This document shows, piece after piece, positions 8,692 through 19,248 of a DNA stretch of 64,000 bases. The notes beneath the pieces were generated by a model. The model ran no database searches and had not been told where the DNA came from. It saw nothing but the letters and a program-made list of their open reading frames with translations. Position 1 is the first letter of the stretch, and each line of letters opens with the position of its first letter. The translations under genes were made by a program, and so were the position numbers. The DNA comes from Gammaproteobacteria bacterium (GTDB lineage Bacteria; Pseudomonadota; Gammaproteobacteria; UBA4575), in contig CBDCTA010000018.1 of NCBI GenBank assembly GCA_965221955.1, positions 192,001 to 256,000 on the forward strand, given 5' to 3'.

Positions 8692-9783
8692 CTATACATT
8701 AAACCTAAAATGAACTACATCCGCTTCCTGCATCACATAATCTTTGCCCTCTAGTCGCCATTTGCCGACTTCTTTGGCACCTGCTTCTCCACCAGCGTCT
8801 ACATAATCCTGATATGCCACAACTTCAGCGCGTATAAATCCTTTTTCAAAGTCGGTGTGAATTTTACCAGCTGCTTGCGGCGCCGTAGCACCTTTTGAAA
8901 CCGTCCACGCACGCGCCTCTTTCGGCCCTGCAGTAAAAAAGGTTTGTAATCCCAATAATTCATAGCCGGCACGAATGACCCGATTCAATCCAGGCTCTTC
9001 TAAACCTAATTCGGCTAAATACTCTTTTTGTTCAGCATTATCCAATTGTGCAAGTTCTGCTTCAATTTGCGCGCAAACTGGAATGACTTGAACTGATCTC
9101 TTGCTAGCAAGCTCTTGTAATTTTGCAAGATGTTTATTATTTTCAAATCCATCTTCTGCAACATTTGCAATATAAAACGCAGGTTTAGCGGTTATTAAAT
9201 GCAGCTCGCGTAGTAGTGGTGCTTGTTCTTTACTAATTTCAAAACTAAATGCAACTTCTTCGTTTTCTAAATGCGCCTTTAACTTTTTATATAACTCTAC
9301 TTGTGCAATTGCCTCTTTATTTCCAGATTTTGCAACACGCTCTACTCTTGCAATGGCTTTTTCAACCGATTCTAAGTCAGCCAAAATAAGTTCTGTATAT
9401 ATCGTTTCAAGATCAGACAGTGGATCGATCTTTCCATCTACATGAATGATATTTTCGTCATCAAAACAACGTACTACATGCGCGATAGCATCCGTTTCAC
9501 GTATATGTCCTAAAAACTGGTTACCTAAACCTTCGCCTTTTGATGCACCAGCCACTAAACCTGCAATGTCTACGAACTCTATTGTTGTAGGGATAACCTC
9601 AGCAGAATTTGCGATTTTTGCTAATGTATCTAAACGCGGATCAGGAACAGGTACGATTCCCACATTAGGATCGATGGTGCAGAACGGGTAATTTTCTGCT
9701 GCGATTTCAGTTGCAGTTAATGCGTTAAATAAAGTCGATTTTCCAACGTTGGGTAAACCTACAATGCCACATTTAAACCCCAT
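8692..9783 (-). CDS. ychF: redox-regulated ATPase YchF
   Basis: [35 protein letters not shown]-terminal FRFNV. Confidence 0.97.
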   Translation of the reverse strand: MGFKCGIVGLPNVGKSTLFNALTATEIAAENYPFCTIDPNVGIVPVPDPRLDTLAKIANSAEVIPTTIEFVDIAGLVAGASKGEGLGNQFLGHIRETDAIAHVVRCFDDENIIHVDGKIDPLSDLETIYTELILADLESVEKAIARVERVAKSGNKEAIAQVELYKKLKAHLENEEVAFSFEISKEQAPLLRELHLITAKPAFYIANVAEDGFENNKHLAKLQELASKRSVQVIPVCAQIEAELAQLDNAEQKEYLAELGLEEPGLNRVIRAGYELLGLQTFFTAGPKEARAWTVSKGATAPQAAGKIHTDFEKGFIRAEVVAYQDYVDAGGEAGAKEVGKWRLEGKDYVMQEADVVHFRFNV

Positions 9784-9787
9784 TGCA

Positions 9788-10372
9788 TCAACCTTTTGTA
9801 TGCAGCTTCTTCATAGCAGATTCTAAGTTGCCTTCTACACATTCTTCTATACAGTTCATGGCATCAATGATCGCATTATCAATTTCAGCACGATCTTGTT
9901 GATTCACTCTTTTAAGCACGTAATTAACAACTTGGTCTTTATGCCCAGGATGCCCAACACCAATACGTAGGCGCCAAAAGTTTTTATTTATATGTGAAAA
10001 TATGCTGCGCAGACCATTGTGCCCTCCATGGCCACCCGACCATTTGATTTTGATTTCACCATTGGGAAGATCAATTTCGTCATGTGCAACTAATATTTGT
10101 TCGCTGGGAATTTTATAAAAATCACAAAATGGACGTAGCGACTCACCACTATCATTCATATAGGTCTGAGGTTTCAATAACCAGATTTTTTCACCCTGAC
10201 AAGTGAAATGCGCAACTTCACCTTTAAATTTAGCTTCGTGTTTAAATGTTGCGTGTTCTCTTTGAGCGAGTGTATCCACAAACCAAAACCCGGCGTTATG
10301 CCGGGTTTGTTCGTGTTTTTCACCTGGATTGCCTAGACCGACAATCAGGCGTATGCCTTTATGATTAGACAC
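9788..10372 (-). CDS. pth: peptidyl-tRNA hydrolase
   Basis: [25 protein letters not shown]. Confidence 0.97.
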   Translation of the reverse strand: MSNHKGIRLIVGLGNPGEKHEQTRHNAGFWFVDTLAQREHATFKHEAKFKGEVAHFTCQGEKIWLLKPQTYMNDSGESLRPFCDFYKIPSEQILVAHDEIDLPNGEIKIKWSGGHGGHNGLRSIFSHINKNFWRLRIGVGHPGHKDQVVNYVLKRVNQQDRAEIDNAIIDAMNCIEECVEGNLESAMKKLHTKG

Positions 10373-10400
10373 CTAGGACATTAAAAAATAGGGGGATAAA

Positions 10401-11114
10401 TTACGAATCATCTCCTGATGATTTATCTTCAGCTTTATCGTCACCTTCTGCTTTAGTCTCTGCTTCGCCCTCTGCAGCTTCTTCACCTTCCGCAGCAGCA
10501 ACAGGCTCTTCTTCTTCAACCGCACGTTTAACATGCACAGAAACTACAACATGGTCATGACCTTCACCATGAGATAGTTCAACGATGGTTACACCTTCTG
10601 GTACTTTAACATCGCTTAAGTGAAGTGCTTCATTTAATTTTAGATCAGCAGTATCAACCTCGATAAATTCTGGTAAATCTTTTGGTAAACATGATATTTC
10701 AATCTCAACAATGTTGTGACTGATCGCACCACCTTCCATTTTCACACCGTGACAAGTGTCTTCATTTAAGAAGTGTAATGGCACGTGAACATTAATTGCA
10801 GTGTCTTCACGAACACGCAATAAATCCATATGCAAAACAGATGGCTTATAAGGGTGGCGCTGTAAGTCACGTAAAATTGCGCGCTGCGACTTACCTTCAA
10901 CATCTACATTTAAAATATGAGAATAAAATGCCTCTTGCTCCAAGCTGTGCATTAACGAGTCATGATCAAATGTAACCGAAACTGGATCTTCGCCACCGCC
11001 ATAAATAACAGCGGGCACTTTGCCCATACGGCGTAGTCGGCGACTTGCGCCCTTGCCTAACTGCGACCCGTCTCGCACTTCTGCATTTAATGTAAAATCG
11101 ACACTCATATTCAT
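10401..11114 (-). CDS. rplY: 50S ribosomal protein L25/Ctc
   Basis: [23 protein letters not shown]; lies between prs and pth. Confidence 0.96.
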   Translation of the reverse strand: MNMSVDFTLNAEVRDGSQLGKGASRRLRRMGKVPAVIYGGGEDPVSVTFDHDSLMHSLEQEAFYSHILNVDVEGKSQRAILRDLQRHPYKPSVLHMDLLRVREDTAINVHVPLHFLNEDTCHGVKMEGGAISHNIVEIEISCLPKDLPEFIEVDTADLKLNEALHLSDVKVPEGVTIVELSHGEGHDHVVVSVHVKRAVEEEEPVAAAEGEEAAEGEAETKAEGDDKAEDKSSGDDS

Positions 11115-11169
11115 CTACTCCAAACTTTCCCTAATTCTGTGCTATTTGCTACCCCTTAGCCCATATACC

Positions 11170-12144
11170 TTAATCCATATATAGGGTGCTCACAGATTCT
11201 TCTTGATTGATTCGACGCATGGATTCAGCCACCAAACCCGAGACTTCCACTTGACGGATCCGAGTGCAGTGTGCGGCTTCTTCGTGGAGCGGGATTGTAT
11301 CAGTTACCACCAATTCATCCAGCACAGAATTCTCAATATTTTCTACCGCCTTACCTGAAAGTACAGGGTGAGTGGCATAGGCTCTAACACTCTTTGCCCC
11401 ATGCTCTTTAAGCGCTCTAGCAGCTGCACATAAGGTACCCGCCGTATCGACTAAGTCATCAATGATGTAGCAGGATTTACCCTCAACCTCACCGATGATA
11501 TGCATGACTTCTGACTTATTCGCCTCAGGACGACGTTTATCGATAATCGCAAGATCTGCATCGTCTAATCGTTTTGCCAATGCACGAGCACGTACTACAC
11601 CACCCACATCCGGGGACACCACAATTAAGTCAGGGTCTTTACGTTTATACACATCACCCAACAAAATGGGTGAGGCGTAGATATTGTCAACAGGAATATC
11701 AAAAAAGCCTTGGATTTGATCAGCATGCAAATCAACCGTCAGCACGCGATCCGCTCCTGCAACCTGCAGCAGGTTGGCTATCACTTTGGCGGAGATGGGT
11801 ACTCTAATTGAGCGCACTCGACGATCTTGTCGCGAATAACCAAAATAAGGCATAACGGCTGTAATACGCTCCGCAGAAGAACGTTTTAACGCATCGATCA
11901 TAATCAACAATTCCATGACATTGTCATTAGTAGGCATACATGTAGGCTGCACCACAAAAACATCTTTGCCGCGTACATTTTCTTGAATCTCTACTTGCAC
12001 TTCGCCATCACTAAATTGACTAATAAATGCTTTACCAATTGGAATGTTTAAGTCATCGCAAATATTTTGCGCAAGTGTTGGATGCGCATTTCCAGAAAAC
12101 ACCATTAAGTTACTATCAGCAGGTAAGGTTCTTTGACCAATCAT
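11170..12144 (-). CDS. prs: ribose-phosphate pyrophosphokinase
   Basis: [35 protein letters not shown]. Confidence 0.97.
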   Translation of the reverse strand: MIGQRTLPADSNLMVFSGNAHPTLAQNICDDLNIPIGKAFISQFSDGEVQVEIQENVRGKDVFVVQPTCMPTNDNVMELLIMIDALKRSSAERITAVMPYFGYSRQDRRVRSIRVPISAKVIANLLQVAGADRVLTVDLHADQIQGFFDIPVDNIYASPILLGDVYKRKDPDLIVVSPDVGGVVRARALAKRLDDADLAIIDKRRPEANKSEVMHIIGEVEGKSCYIIDDLVDTAGTLCAAARALKEHGAKSVRAYATHPVLSGKAVENIENSVLDELVVTDTIPLHEEAAHCTRIRQVEVSGLVAESMRRINQEESVSTLYMD

Positions 12145-12192
12145 AGTGTGTGCTGCCTTAACATTAAAAAGTCGAAAAGATAATTAATAATT

Positions 12193-12206
12193 TGGCTGGG
12201 CCGGCA
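12193..12206 (-). repeat. 14-bp direct repeat of the tRNA-Gln 3' end (att junction)
   Basis: Identical to 14253-14266. Confidence 0.85.
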
Positions 12207-12445
12207 TGCCTCATGCTATACCGGGACCTAGCTTTTTCAATTAGTTATCGGAAGCTCCAAGTCTGTTAACTGCTTCCTGATCCCATAAGTGTATTTTAAG
12301 TATTGTTAATAAAGTTGTGTATAGTATATCAGCGCTATTCTTTATTAAAACCAAACATTAAAAATTAAGCTAAATTCATTTCATTAGTAGTACCAAAAAT
12401 TGAAGAAATATTTTTCAGAAAAAGACTAGTGAACTATGAGATAAA

Positions 12446-13579
12446 TTATTGGAAAGGCTCACCAGCTTTTTCAAGCACTGCTTTTACAGCATCTACTATT
12501 TGTTCACAGTATCTTGAATTTAGATGAAAATATGTTGGCAGTAAACCTTCGCCTTCATACCGAAAAGTAATTGGTTTATCCGTTGTCCTATACTCTTGTA
12601 ATGTTACGCAATGAGGATCAATGTCTGGTTGTGTAGTATTTACACGAATGTGGGTAGCAAAGTGTGAAGCATTCATGTCTGGTATTTCGGCTAAAACTTC
12701 TTCCTTACTTGGTTGTGGCGAGTTATTCCAATTATGATCAACAGGCGGAATTAAATAGACTGCAGAGCGCTTATATTCTGCATCTGCATTTGGAGTTGCT
12801 GGAGGATCAGAGAAATCAAGTATCCTAATTACTAAGAAATCATTCCAATAATCTACTTTCTTAAAAATTGGTACTAATCCAATACCTTCTTCTGGTCTAT
12901 AAACATGATTAACATAAAGAATGTCAGTAATTTTTGTAATACGATTATTTTGCCTTATTGCTAATTCATATCCACCGCCAAATGCAAGCTGAGGTCCAAT
13001 GCCACTAATATCATAAAACCACATTCTTGCAGCAGTGGTAATTAAACGACTATACGACTTATTCCATTTATCCTCAGAAGTAAAACTAGATTCTATTTCT
13101 AATGTCTCCATTATAAAATCTTCTCCAGTTCCAGCAGCTACAGCATTTTCACCCCAAGGTGTAATGAATTTTTTTGAAGCACTTCCGAAATGTTTCAAGC
13201 TCCACCTATCATCATTTGCAATAACAGCAATTAATGAAACATCTTTTAAACCAAGATTATCAACACAAAGTAGTACAGAACTTAACTGCTCAAAATCTGT
13301 AGGATCAATTTCATTGTATTTTTTGCGAATAGCTTTAATTGCAGTTTTCGCTTCAATCAAACTTCCTGCCCATCCGATCATCATATGTGGGCCAATACTA
13401 TTTAGCTTCTGCTGGAAATCAGTAAAGTAGTGTGTATCCCATCTTATTGGTGTATCTACCGATTGTTGTCCTGAGACAGGTAAAGTTACATTTTTATTTG
13501 GTGGAATAGTTGAAGAGATCATAATATCCCCTAGAAGACAGGGAATATCATTATCAAGATAACCAACCACTACTGTCAT
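12446..13579 (-). CDS. proteasome-beta/HslV-like Ntn-hydrolase fold protein with C-terminal extension
   Basis: Met-Thr N-terminus; Asp at mature position 17; K58...G72 spacing equals proteasome K33-G47; AAGTG matches GSG; D...GGG-Y-E matches the D166/GG loop. Confidence 0.6.
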   Translation of the reverse strand: MTVVVGYLDNDIPCLLGDIMISSTIPPNKNVTLPVSGQQSVDTPIRWDTHYFTDFQQKLNSIGPHMMIGWAGSLIEAKTAIKAIRKKYNEIDPTDFEQLSSVLLCVDNLGLKDVSLIAVIANDDRWSLKHFGSASKKFITPWGENAVAAGTGEDFIMETLEIESSFTSEDKWNKSYSRLITTAARMWFYDISGIGPQLAFGGGYELAIRQNNRITKITDILYVNHVYRPEEGIGLVPIFKKVDYWNDFLVIRILDFSDPPATPNADAEYKRSAVYLIPPVDHNWNNSPQPSKEEVLAEIPDMNASHFATHIRVNTTQPDIDPHCVTLQEYRTTDKPITFRYEGEGLLPTYFHLNSRYCEQIVDAVKAVLEKAGEPFQ

Positions 13580-13601
13580 TTATATTAGAAGCCCTACTAA
13601 T

Positions 13602-14147
13602 CTAGCCAATTTTTATATCCCAACCAAACTCATAAACAGGATTATCGTTTTCATGAACACTTACAATCATTTGTCTTTTGAATTTTCCAGTTCCTTCATC
13701 AGCTTCCATTGCTGATGTTGTTTGTTTTACATCGAATTTTGGAAATCTATCTAGCATATTTAAATTAGACAGTTCTCTAAATATAGCTTCAAGACATAAA
13801 TCTAATTCGTCCCATGTAAATGTTTCTGATATTTCATGACCTACATCATTTCTTCGATCTCTCCATTTATCAATATCATCATAATCTTTTAGCAGGCTTT
13901 GATTATTTAATTCTTGAAGTCGATGAAATAATTTTGGGTTAGGATTTTCAATTGTTATGTTTTGATTTTTTATGTATTCAACCAATACTTTATCTAAAAA
14001 CGAAACACTTCTAATTAAAAGTCCAGATACAATTGCACTATCAAGTTCCGCGATTCTCATTCCATGGTTGTTATGCCCTATCCAGTAATAATTGCGGGCT
14101 ATAACCACATCTATTAGTAAATTGTTCCATTCTTTAGGAATATTCAT
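13602..14147 (-). CDS. HEPN-like protein (RX4H)
   Basis: Helical protein with R99-N-D-V-G-H104 after an amphipathic L-x-x-R-L-x-x-L helix; C-terminal beta-rich tail. Confidence 0.6.
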   Translation of the reverse strand: MNIPKEWNNLLIDVVIARNYYWIGHNNHGMRIAELDSAIVSGLLIRSVSFLDKVLVEYIKNQNITIENPNPKLFHRLQELNNQSLLKDYDDIDKWRDRRNDVGHEISETFTWDELDLCLEAIFRELSNLNMLDRFPKFDVKQTTSAMEADEGTGKFKRQMIVSVHENDNPVYEFGWDIKIG

Positions 14148-14252
14148 GCAGAATTTATGGAGTCTGCAGGGTGGGTATCACTGAATCCTGCGTTTCTTGC
14201 AGACTTCACTGTGGATAAGTCTAAAATCTTCAATAAAATCAATGAGTTATAG

Positions 14253-14327
14253 TGGCTGGGCCGGCAGGATTCGAACCTGCGAATGCCGGGATCAAAACCC
14301 GGTGCCTTACCACTTGGCGACGGCCCA
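14253..14327 (-). tRNA. tRNA-Gln (TTG)
   Basis: TGGGCCGTCGCCAAGTGGTAAGGCACCGGGTTTTGATCCCGGCATTCGCAGGTTCGAATCCTGCCGGCCCAGCCA; usual position after ispE. Confidence 0.97.
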
Positions 14328-14381
14328 ACGATTTGTTGCCCACAGAAATTTCCAAGGAGAAAATTTCTAAAAAGAAAAATC

Positions 14382-15251
14382 CTATGCGCAATTATACTCA
14401 CTTGGCAAAAAAGCAGGCGACTGATTTAAGCCTTTTACAACATAAGCCGCAAACTCTTTTGTACATTCTTTAGCGATATTGTCTGCTTGCTGTTTTGATG
14501 AACAACGTGCAAATAATGCACTCCCCGATCCTGTCAAACGCGGCGAAGCATACTGCATTAGCCATTGAAATGCTCGTTCCACTTCTGGCTGGCGACGCGC
14601 GATAGGCTCAAATACATTCTGAGTTTGATCCAAATCGGATAGCTTCTCACCTCTTAACGGCAAGAAGTCGCGTATTTTGAGCGGCGCGCAATTACGTGTC
14701 AAATCTGGATCAGCAAACATTTGCTGAGTATTCAAATGTACATTTGGATACACCACAATAAACCAAGATTCTTCTGTAGAAGCCGGTGTAAGCTGCTCGC
14801 CTATGCCTTCCACCCAACAAGACTGCCCGCGTATAAATACAGGCACATCCGCACCTAAGCACTCACCTATTTGCTCAAGCTCTGCTTGCTCTAGCCCACA
14901 ATTCCACATTTTATTAAGTGCCAATAAAGTAGTCGCAGCGTCTGAGCTACCCCCTCCCAATCCTGCACCGAGAGGAATGTTTTTCCTCACTTGTATCTCT
15001 ACACCTTGTTTTACTTCTAACTGATCTTGTAGCAGTAATGCTGCTTTTACACATAAATCATCTTGTGGCTGAATCGTTGCATTAGAGTTTTCACAACTTA
15101 TATTGGAATCCGAACGCAAACAAAACGTGAGCTGATCACATAGGTCTATCAGCTGAATTACACTTTGCAATAAATGGTAACCATCCTCTCGCTGCCCAAC
15201 GATGTGCAAAAAAAGATTTAACTTTGCAGGTGCAAGCCAGGTTTGCATCAC
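14382..15251 (-). CDS. ispE: 4-diphosphocytidyl-2-C-methyl-D-erythritol kinase
   Basis: APAKLNLFLHIVG, KNIPLGAGLGGGSSDAA, LTGSGS. Confidence 0.96.
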   Translation of the reverse strand: MMQTWLAPAKLNLFLHIVGQREDGYHLLQSVIQLIDLCDQLTFCLRSDSNISCENSNATIQPQDDLCVKAALLLQDQLEVKQGVEIQVRKNIPLGAGLGGGSSDAATTLLALNKMWNCGLEQAELEQIGECLGADVPVFIRGQSCWVEGIGEQLTPASTEESWFIVVYPNVHLNTQQMFADPDLTRNCAPLKIRDFLPLRGEKLSDLDQTQNVFEPIARRQPEVERAFQWLMQYASPRLTGSGSALFARCSSKQQADNIAKECTKEFAAYVVKGLNQSPAFLPSEYNCA

Positions 15252-15283
15252 AACATCAACTTTTCAAACTTATAGATTTAAAC

Positions 15284-15925
15284 TTATTGATCAAGAGCCC
15301 AACGATCGATCTTTATGTTGGCATGTAGACTCGGATTCGAAATCTGCATCAGTGCCGGCAAAGATGGTGTACTTTCATGATAACGTTTGTAGTCAATTAA
15401 CCACCCTGCCTGATTAAGCTGCATTAAACGCCCCTGCTCATCCAGCTCTAAAGACACGTGTGGTTGTTTGGGGTCAGGAATTCCCAACAACCAATGCCGC
15501 AAACCGTTCACCGGTAATGAATACCCAAACAAAGTTTGCATTAACTCTTCTGGGTCAGTGGCCTCAAAACTTTCGCCCTTAGAAGTTTTTAATTGCACAT
15601 TGCCTTGCCTACCGGTAATAACTGCGACTTTGCGGCCCAACGGTCCATGCAAATCGATTACAAATTGTTGTTGCTGTTGCATCCAACTGACTCCAGCACG
15701 AAAACCTTCATCATTAGACTTTCCTGCCACGCGCCCTTTTAATTTCCAAGTTTGTAAAGTTTGAATATTGGCTTTGTGTGTTTCCCAAAGCGCTTGCTTG
15801 TTAATTTCTGAATCTGCAGGAAGTGGATGCTTTTCAACTGTGACACAGGCGCTGAGCATGAGTAGCAGAAAAAAAAGAAATCCCATTTTGCAAAATGCAT
15901 ATGGGTAAAGTGCGGAACACTTCAT
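15284..15925 (-). CDS. lolB: outer-membrane lipoprotein insertase LolB
   Basis: Lipobox LSAC, W-x-L-x-GRV, LPVNGLRHWLLG, GWLIDY; upstream of ispE. Confidence 0.9.
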   Translation of the reverse strand: MKCSALYPYAFCKMGFLFFLLLMLSACVTVEKHPLPADSEINKQALWETHKANIQTLQTWKLKGRVAGKSNDEGFRAGVSWMQQQQQFVIDLHGPLGRKVAVITGRQGNVQLKTSKGESFEATDPEELMQTLFGYSLPVNGLRHWLLGIPDPKQPHVSLELDEQGRLMQLNQAGWLIDYKRYHESTPSLPALMQISNPSLHANIKIDRWALDQ

Positions 15926-17748
15926 TACTGAAGTCTTTGTTTTAACTCTAGTATGTACTCGTCATCAGGATAGCGCTCTAGCATGTCATCCATGACTTTT
16001 TTCGCTTCGTCATAATTGCCTTGTGCCCATAATAATTCTACAAGATGGCCTGCAATTTCAGCGTCTTCTAACAAGCCAAAAGCTTTACGTAGATAGGTTT
16101 CGGCTTCAGCCAAGTTGCCAAGACGAAACTGCACCCAACCCATACTATCAATCACAGCAGGATCATCCGGGCGAATTTCTAGCGCTTTTTTAATATAACC
16201 AAGTGCTTCATTGATTCTAAAATTATGATCTGCCAGAGTGTAGCCCAAAGCATTTAATGCCGATGCATTTTCAGGGTCTTCATTAAGTATAGCTTTTAAA
16301 TCTTGCTCCAATAAATCAATACGATCAATTTCCTCTGCCATCAAGGCACGCGCATAGAGCAAATCACTATGGCCAGGAAATTCTTGTAAGCCTTCACTGT
16401 ATAAATCCATTGCTGCAACGTATAACTTTTCATCATGCAACAACTGCCCTTCAATCAAATACACTTCAACAATCGCTTCAGGTGCACTCAGCGAGCGTCG
16501 TAAATCTTTTAAATAATTTTGAGCTTTAGTGATATTGTCTCGCACTGCATAAATCGACGCGATCCTAGCTTTTGCATCAATGTAATATTGACCTTGAGGA
16601 ACTTTTTCAAATTCTGCAATGGCTTCTACATATTTTTTTTGCTCTTCGTTTGCACGACCAATGTAATAATGCGCTTCATCCGTGCGCTGCTTACGTTCAA
16701 CTAATCTTTGGAATTTAAGTTTTGCTTTAGCGTAATCTTCTTTTTGCAAATATAGTAAACCTAAGCGATAAATGAGCTCGGCATCGTTTGGATTTTCTCG
16801 CAATAACAATTCAAATTCGTCTATCGCTTCATCGTAACGCTCAGCATTGATCAACATTCGTGAATACGCCATGCGCATTTCACGATTACCTGGCTTTTCT
16901 TCAACGATGTGCTTCATTTCTGACAAGGCTTTGTCAGTTTCATCAAGATTCATCAACGCTTGCGCACGCATTGCACGCGCTTCAATTAAATCCGGTTTAA
17001 AACCTAATGCAATTTCACTTTCGTCTATAGTGCGTTGAAAATCTTGTGCCTGAAAAGCAAGGCTTGCCATTGTTAAGTGACCATAAGGATTTTCAAAATG
17101 TTTATTAACTAATATCTCAAGCAGTCTAAGTGAAGATTCTGAGTCAGGTTCACGCGCCAACACCGCGCCGATGATACTGAAACCTTTGGCTGGTGAATCA
17201 TCAGCAGCCAACATAATTTTTTCAAAATGTGGAACAGCTCCATCGACATTGCCATTACGAAGCTCCATCACACCAAGAATTTGGCTGATCTCTAAATTAT
17301 CACCTACCAATTCTTGCCATCGAGACGCAGCTTGCAATCCAGATGCCCAGTCTTTGGCAAACATCGCGATACGCGTAGCACGCTCAGCCACCGCAGGGTC
17401 ATCTGTTAGTTGTGCAGCATTTACATAATGCGCTAATGCTTGCTCGACATCGCCAAATTGACCGGATAGCTCACCGACCAGTACCTCATACATGAGATCA
17501 GATTGGGCATCGTATTTTTCGGTCTGAGGTTCACGGATTTGGATGGCCTGATCAGGGTCCGCAGTGGATCTACTTTGCATACTGGCGCAGCTGGCTAGCA
17601 AAATAGCCAAAATAGCTGCTAAAGACAGCCTAAGTGGGTAGGGAATCCGTGGAATTGTGGCGTTGATCTTCAATATACTATGTTGTGTTATTAGCTCGAT
17701 TAAACTATACCTAATTTTACTGCAGTTATCTGAGCAATTGGTACGCAT
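15925..17748 (-). CDS. TPR-repeat (lipo)protein of the hemA-lolB locus (true start probably downstream)
   Basis: LLASC lipobox, many TPR repeats, ALNALGYTLAD, DSMGWV. Confidence 0.85.
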   Translation of the reverse strand: MRTNCSDNCSKIRYSLIELITQHSILKINATIPRIPYPLRLSLAAILAILLASCASMQSRSTADPDQAIQIREPQTEKYDAQSDLMYEVLVGELSGQFGDVEQALAHYVNAAQLTDDPAVAERATRIAMFAKDWASGLQAASRWQELVGDNLEISQILGVMELRNGNVDGAVPHFEKIMLAADDSPAKGFSIIGAVLAREPDSESSLRLLEILVNKHFENPYGHLTMASLAFQAQDFQRTIDESEIALGFKPDLIEARAMRAQALMNLDETDKALSEMKHIVEEKPGNREMRMAYSRMLINAERYDEAIDEFELLLRENPNDAELIYRLGLLYLQKEDYAKAKLKFQRLVERKQRTDEAHYYIGRANEEQKKYVEAIAEFEKVPQGQYYIDAKARIASIYAVRDNITKAQNYLKDLRRSLSAPEAIVEVYLIEGQLLHDEKLYVAAMDLYSEGLQEFPGHSDLLYARALMAEEIDRIDLLEQDLKAILNEDPENASALNALGYTLADHNFRINEALGYIKKALEIRPDDPAVIDSMGWVQFRLGNLAEAETYLRKAFGLLEDAEIAGHLVELLWAQGNYDEAKKVMDDMLERYPDDEYILELKQRLQ

Positions 17749-17839
17749 TTTGACAGAAAATACGTGTACTTAGGCAATATTGGCTAAGCTTAGATACCCA
17801 CATTTTTACTCATATAAAACACGCAAACCTTACACATTC

Positions 17840-19105
17840 ATGTCCTTACTCACACTTGGCATCAACCATACTACCGCCCCAGTCGAGGTACGCGAGCGCG
17901 TAGCAATTGATGAACAAAATTTAGGACATGCACTAAAAAAATTAATCAACGTGCCACAAGTAGATGAGGCCGCCATTATTTCTACCTGTAATCGCACTGA
18001 ACTTTACTGTGAAGTCAACCATATTGACCAAGGAAAGAATGAAATTCTTAGTTGGTTAAATAGTTTTCACAATCTAAGCTCTGATGACACACAGCCTTAT
18101 ATCTATGACCATCTTGATCACTCCGTAGTTCGACATATTTTTCGTGTAGCGTGTGGACTTGATTCTATGGTATTGGGTGAACCACAAATTTTGGGACAGT
18201 TGAAATCCGCTTATCAAGATGCCGTACAAGCCGACACGTTAGGTAGAAATTTAAATCAACTGTTTCAACGCGCATTTAGTGTCGCAAAAAAAGTGCGCAC
18301 ACATACTGAAATCGGGGCAAACCCTGTTTCGGTTGCATCGGCTGCAGTTTCTTTGTCGAAAAAAATATTTGGAGACTTTCAAGATCATTCTGCATTGCTA
18401 TTGGGTGCAGGCGAAACCATAGAGCTTGCGGCTGAACATTTAAAAAGCGCCGGCATTGGCAACATCGTGGTGGCAAATCGTAGTGTAGAACGTGCACAAA
18501 ACATTGCCGATAAGGTCGGCGGTCATGGTGTAAGTTTAAGCTATGTTGGTGAAGCACTACCAAAATCAGAAATCGTCATTACTGCAACGGCAAGCACCTT
18601 GCCGATCTTAGGTAAAGGTTTAGTAGAAAGCGCATTAAAACAGCGCAAACACAAACCAATATTCATGGTCGACCTTGCCGTTCCAAGAGACATCGAACCT
18701 GAAGTAGCTAAATTATCTGATATTTATCTTTACACTATAGATGATTTACAAAACGTGATTGAGCATAATCTAAAATCCCGCAAAGAAGCGGCAGACGAAG
18801 CAGAAAGTATCATTGACCATGAAGTACAAGAGTTTGCACTGTGGTTACGTGGTCAGGGCGTAGTGGATACAGTACGTGCGTTTCGCACTAAAGCAGAGTT
18901 TCAGCGCGATACAGTATTAGAAAAAGCGCAGAAAATGCTCGAACAAGGCAAACCTGTGGACGAAGTTTTACAGTTTTTGGCTCACACACTCACCAACAAA
19001 CTTACTCATGAACCAACCGAAGCATTACATATGGCGGGCAAAGAAGGTAAAAATGAGTTGATTGATGCAGCAAGAATCCTGTTAAATATCCCTCCTAATG
19101 AATAA
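17840..19105 (+). CDS. hemA: glutamyl-tRNA reductase
   Basis: GINHTTAPVEVRE, STCNRTE, GLDSMVLGEPQILGQ. Confidence 0.97.
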   Translation: MSLLTLGINHTTAPVEVRERVAIDEQNLGHALKKLINVPQVDEAAIISTCNRTELYCEVNHIDQGKNEILSWLNSFHNLSSDDTQPYIYDHLDHSVVRHIFRVACGLDSMVLGEPQILGQLKSAYQDAVQADTLGRNLNQLFQRAFSVAKKVRTHTEIGANPVSVASAAVSLSKKIFGDFQDHSALLLGAGETIELAAEHLKSAGIGNIVVANRSVERAQNIADKVGGHGVSLSYVGEALPKSEIVITATASTLPILGKGLVESALKQRKHKPIFMVDLAVPRDIEPEVAKLSDIYLYTIDDLQNVIEHNLKSRKEAADEAESIIDHEVQEFALWLRGQGVVDTVRAFRTKAEFQRDTVLEKAQKMLEQGKPVDEVLQFLAHTLTNKLTHEPTEALHMAGKEGKNELIDAARILLNIPPNE

Positions 19106-19248
19106 GCAGCAATCACAATCTCTAAATAGCGTGACCTCACGAGTCACCTGCACACTACAATTTCATTAGCTATTCAGCAATAGCCTTATCACTGTGTGCT
19201 CTTAGACAATAGGGCATACAAACAATTAATTATTTTCCTTAACAGCTA

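Larger units (their letters stand above)
12193..14266. mobile_element. integrase-less genomic islet inserted at the tRNA-Gln 3' end
   Basis: TGGCTGGGCCGGCA at 12193-12206 duplicates 14253-14266 (tRNA 3' end). It interrupts the conserved ispE-tRNA-Gln-prs synteny. IHF-consensus AATCAATGAGTTA at 14237-14249. Confidence 0.8.

Noticed and set aside
12446-13579. Call as hslV or Anbu
   Set aside because: Much longer than HslV, with insertions, no hslU, and no Anbu operon partners.
14144-14473. ORFs 14144-14401 (-) and 14252-14473 (+)
   Set aside because: Both overlap tRNA-Gln; shadow translations.
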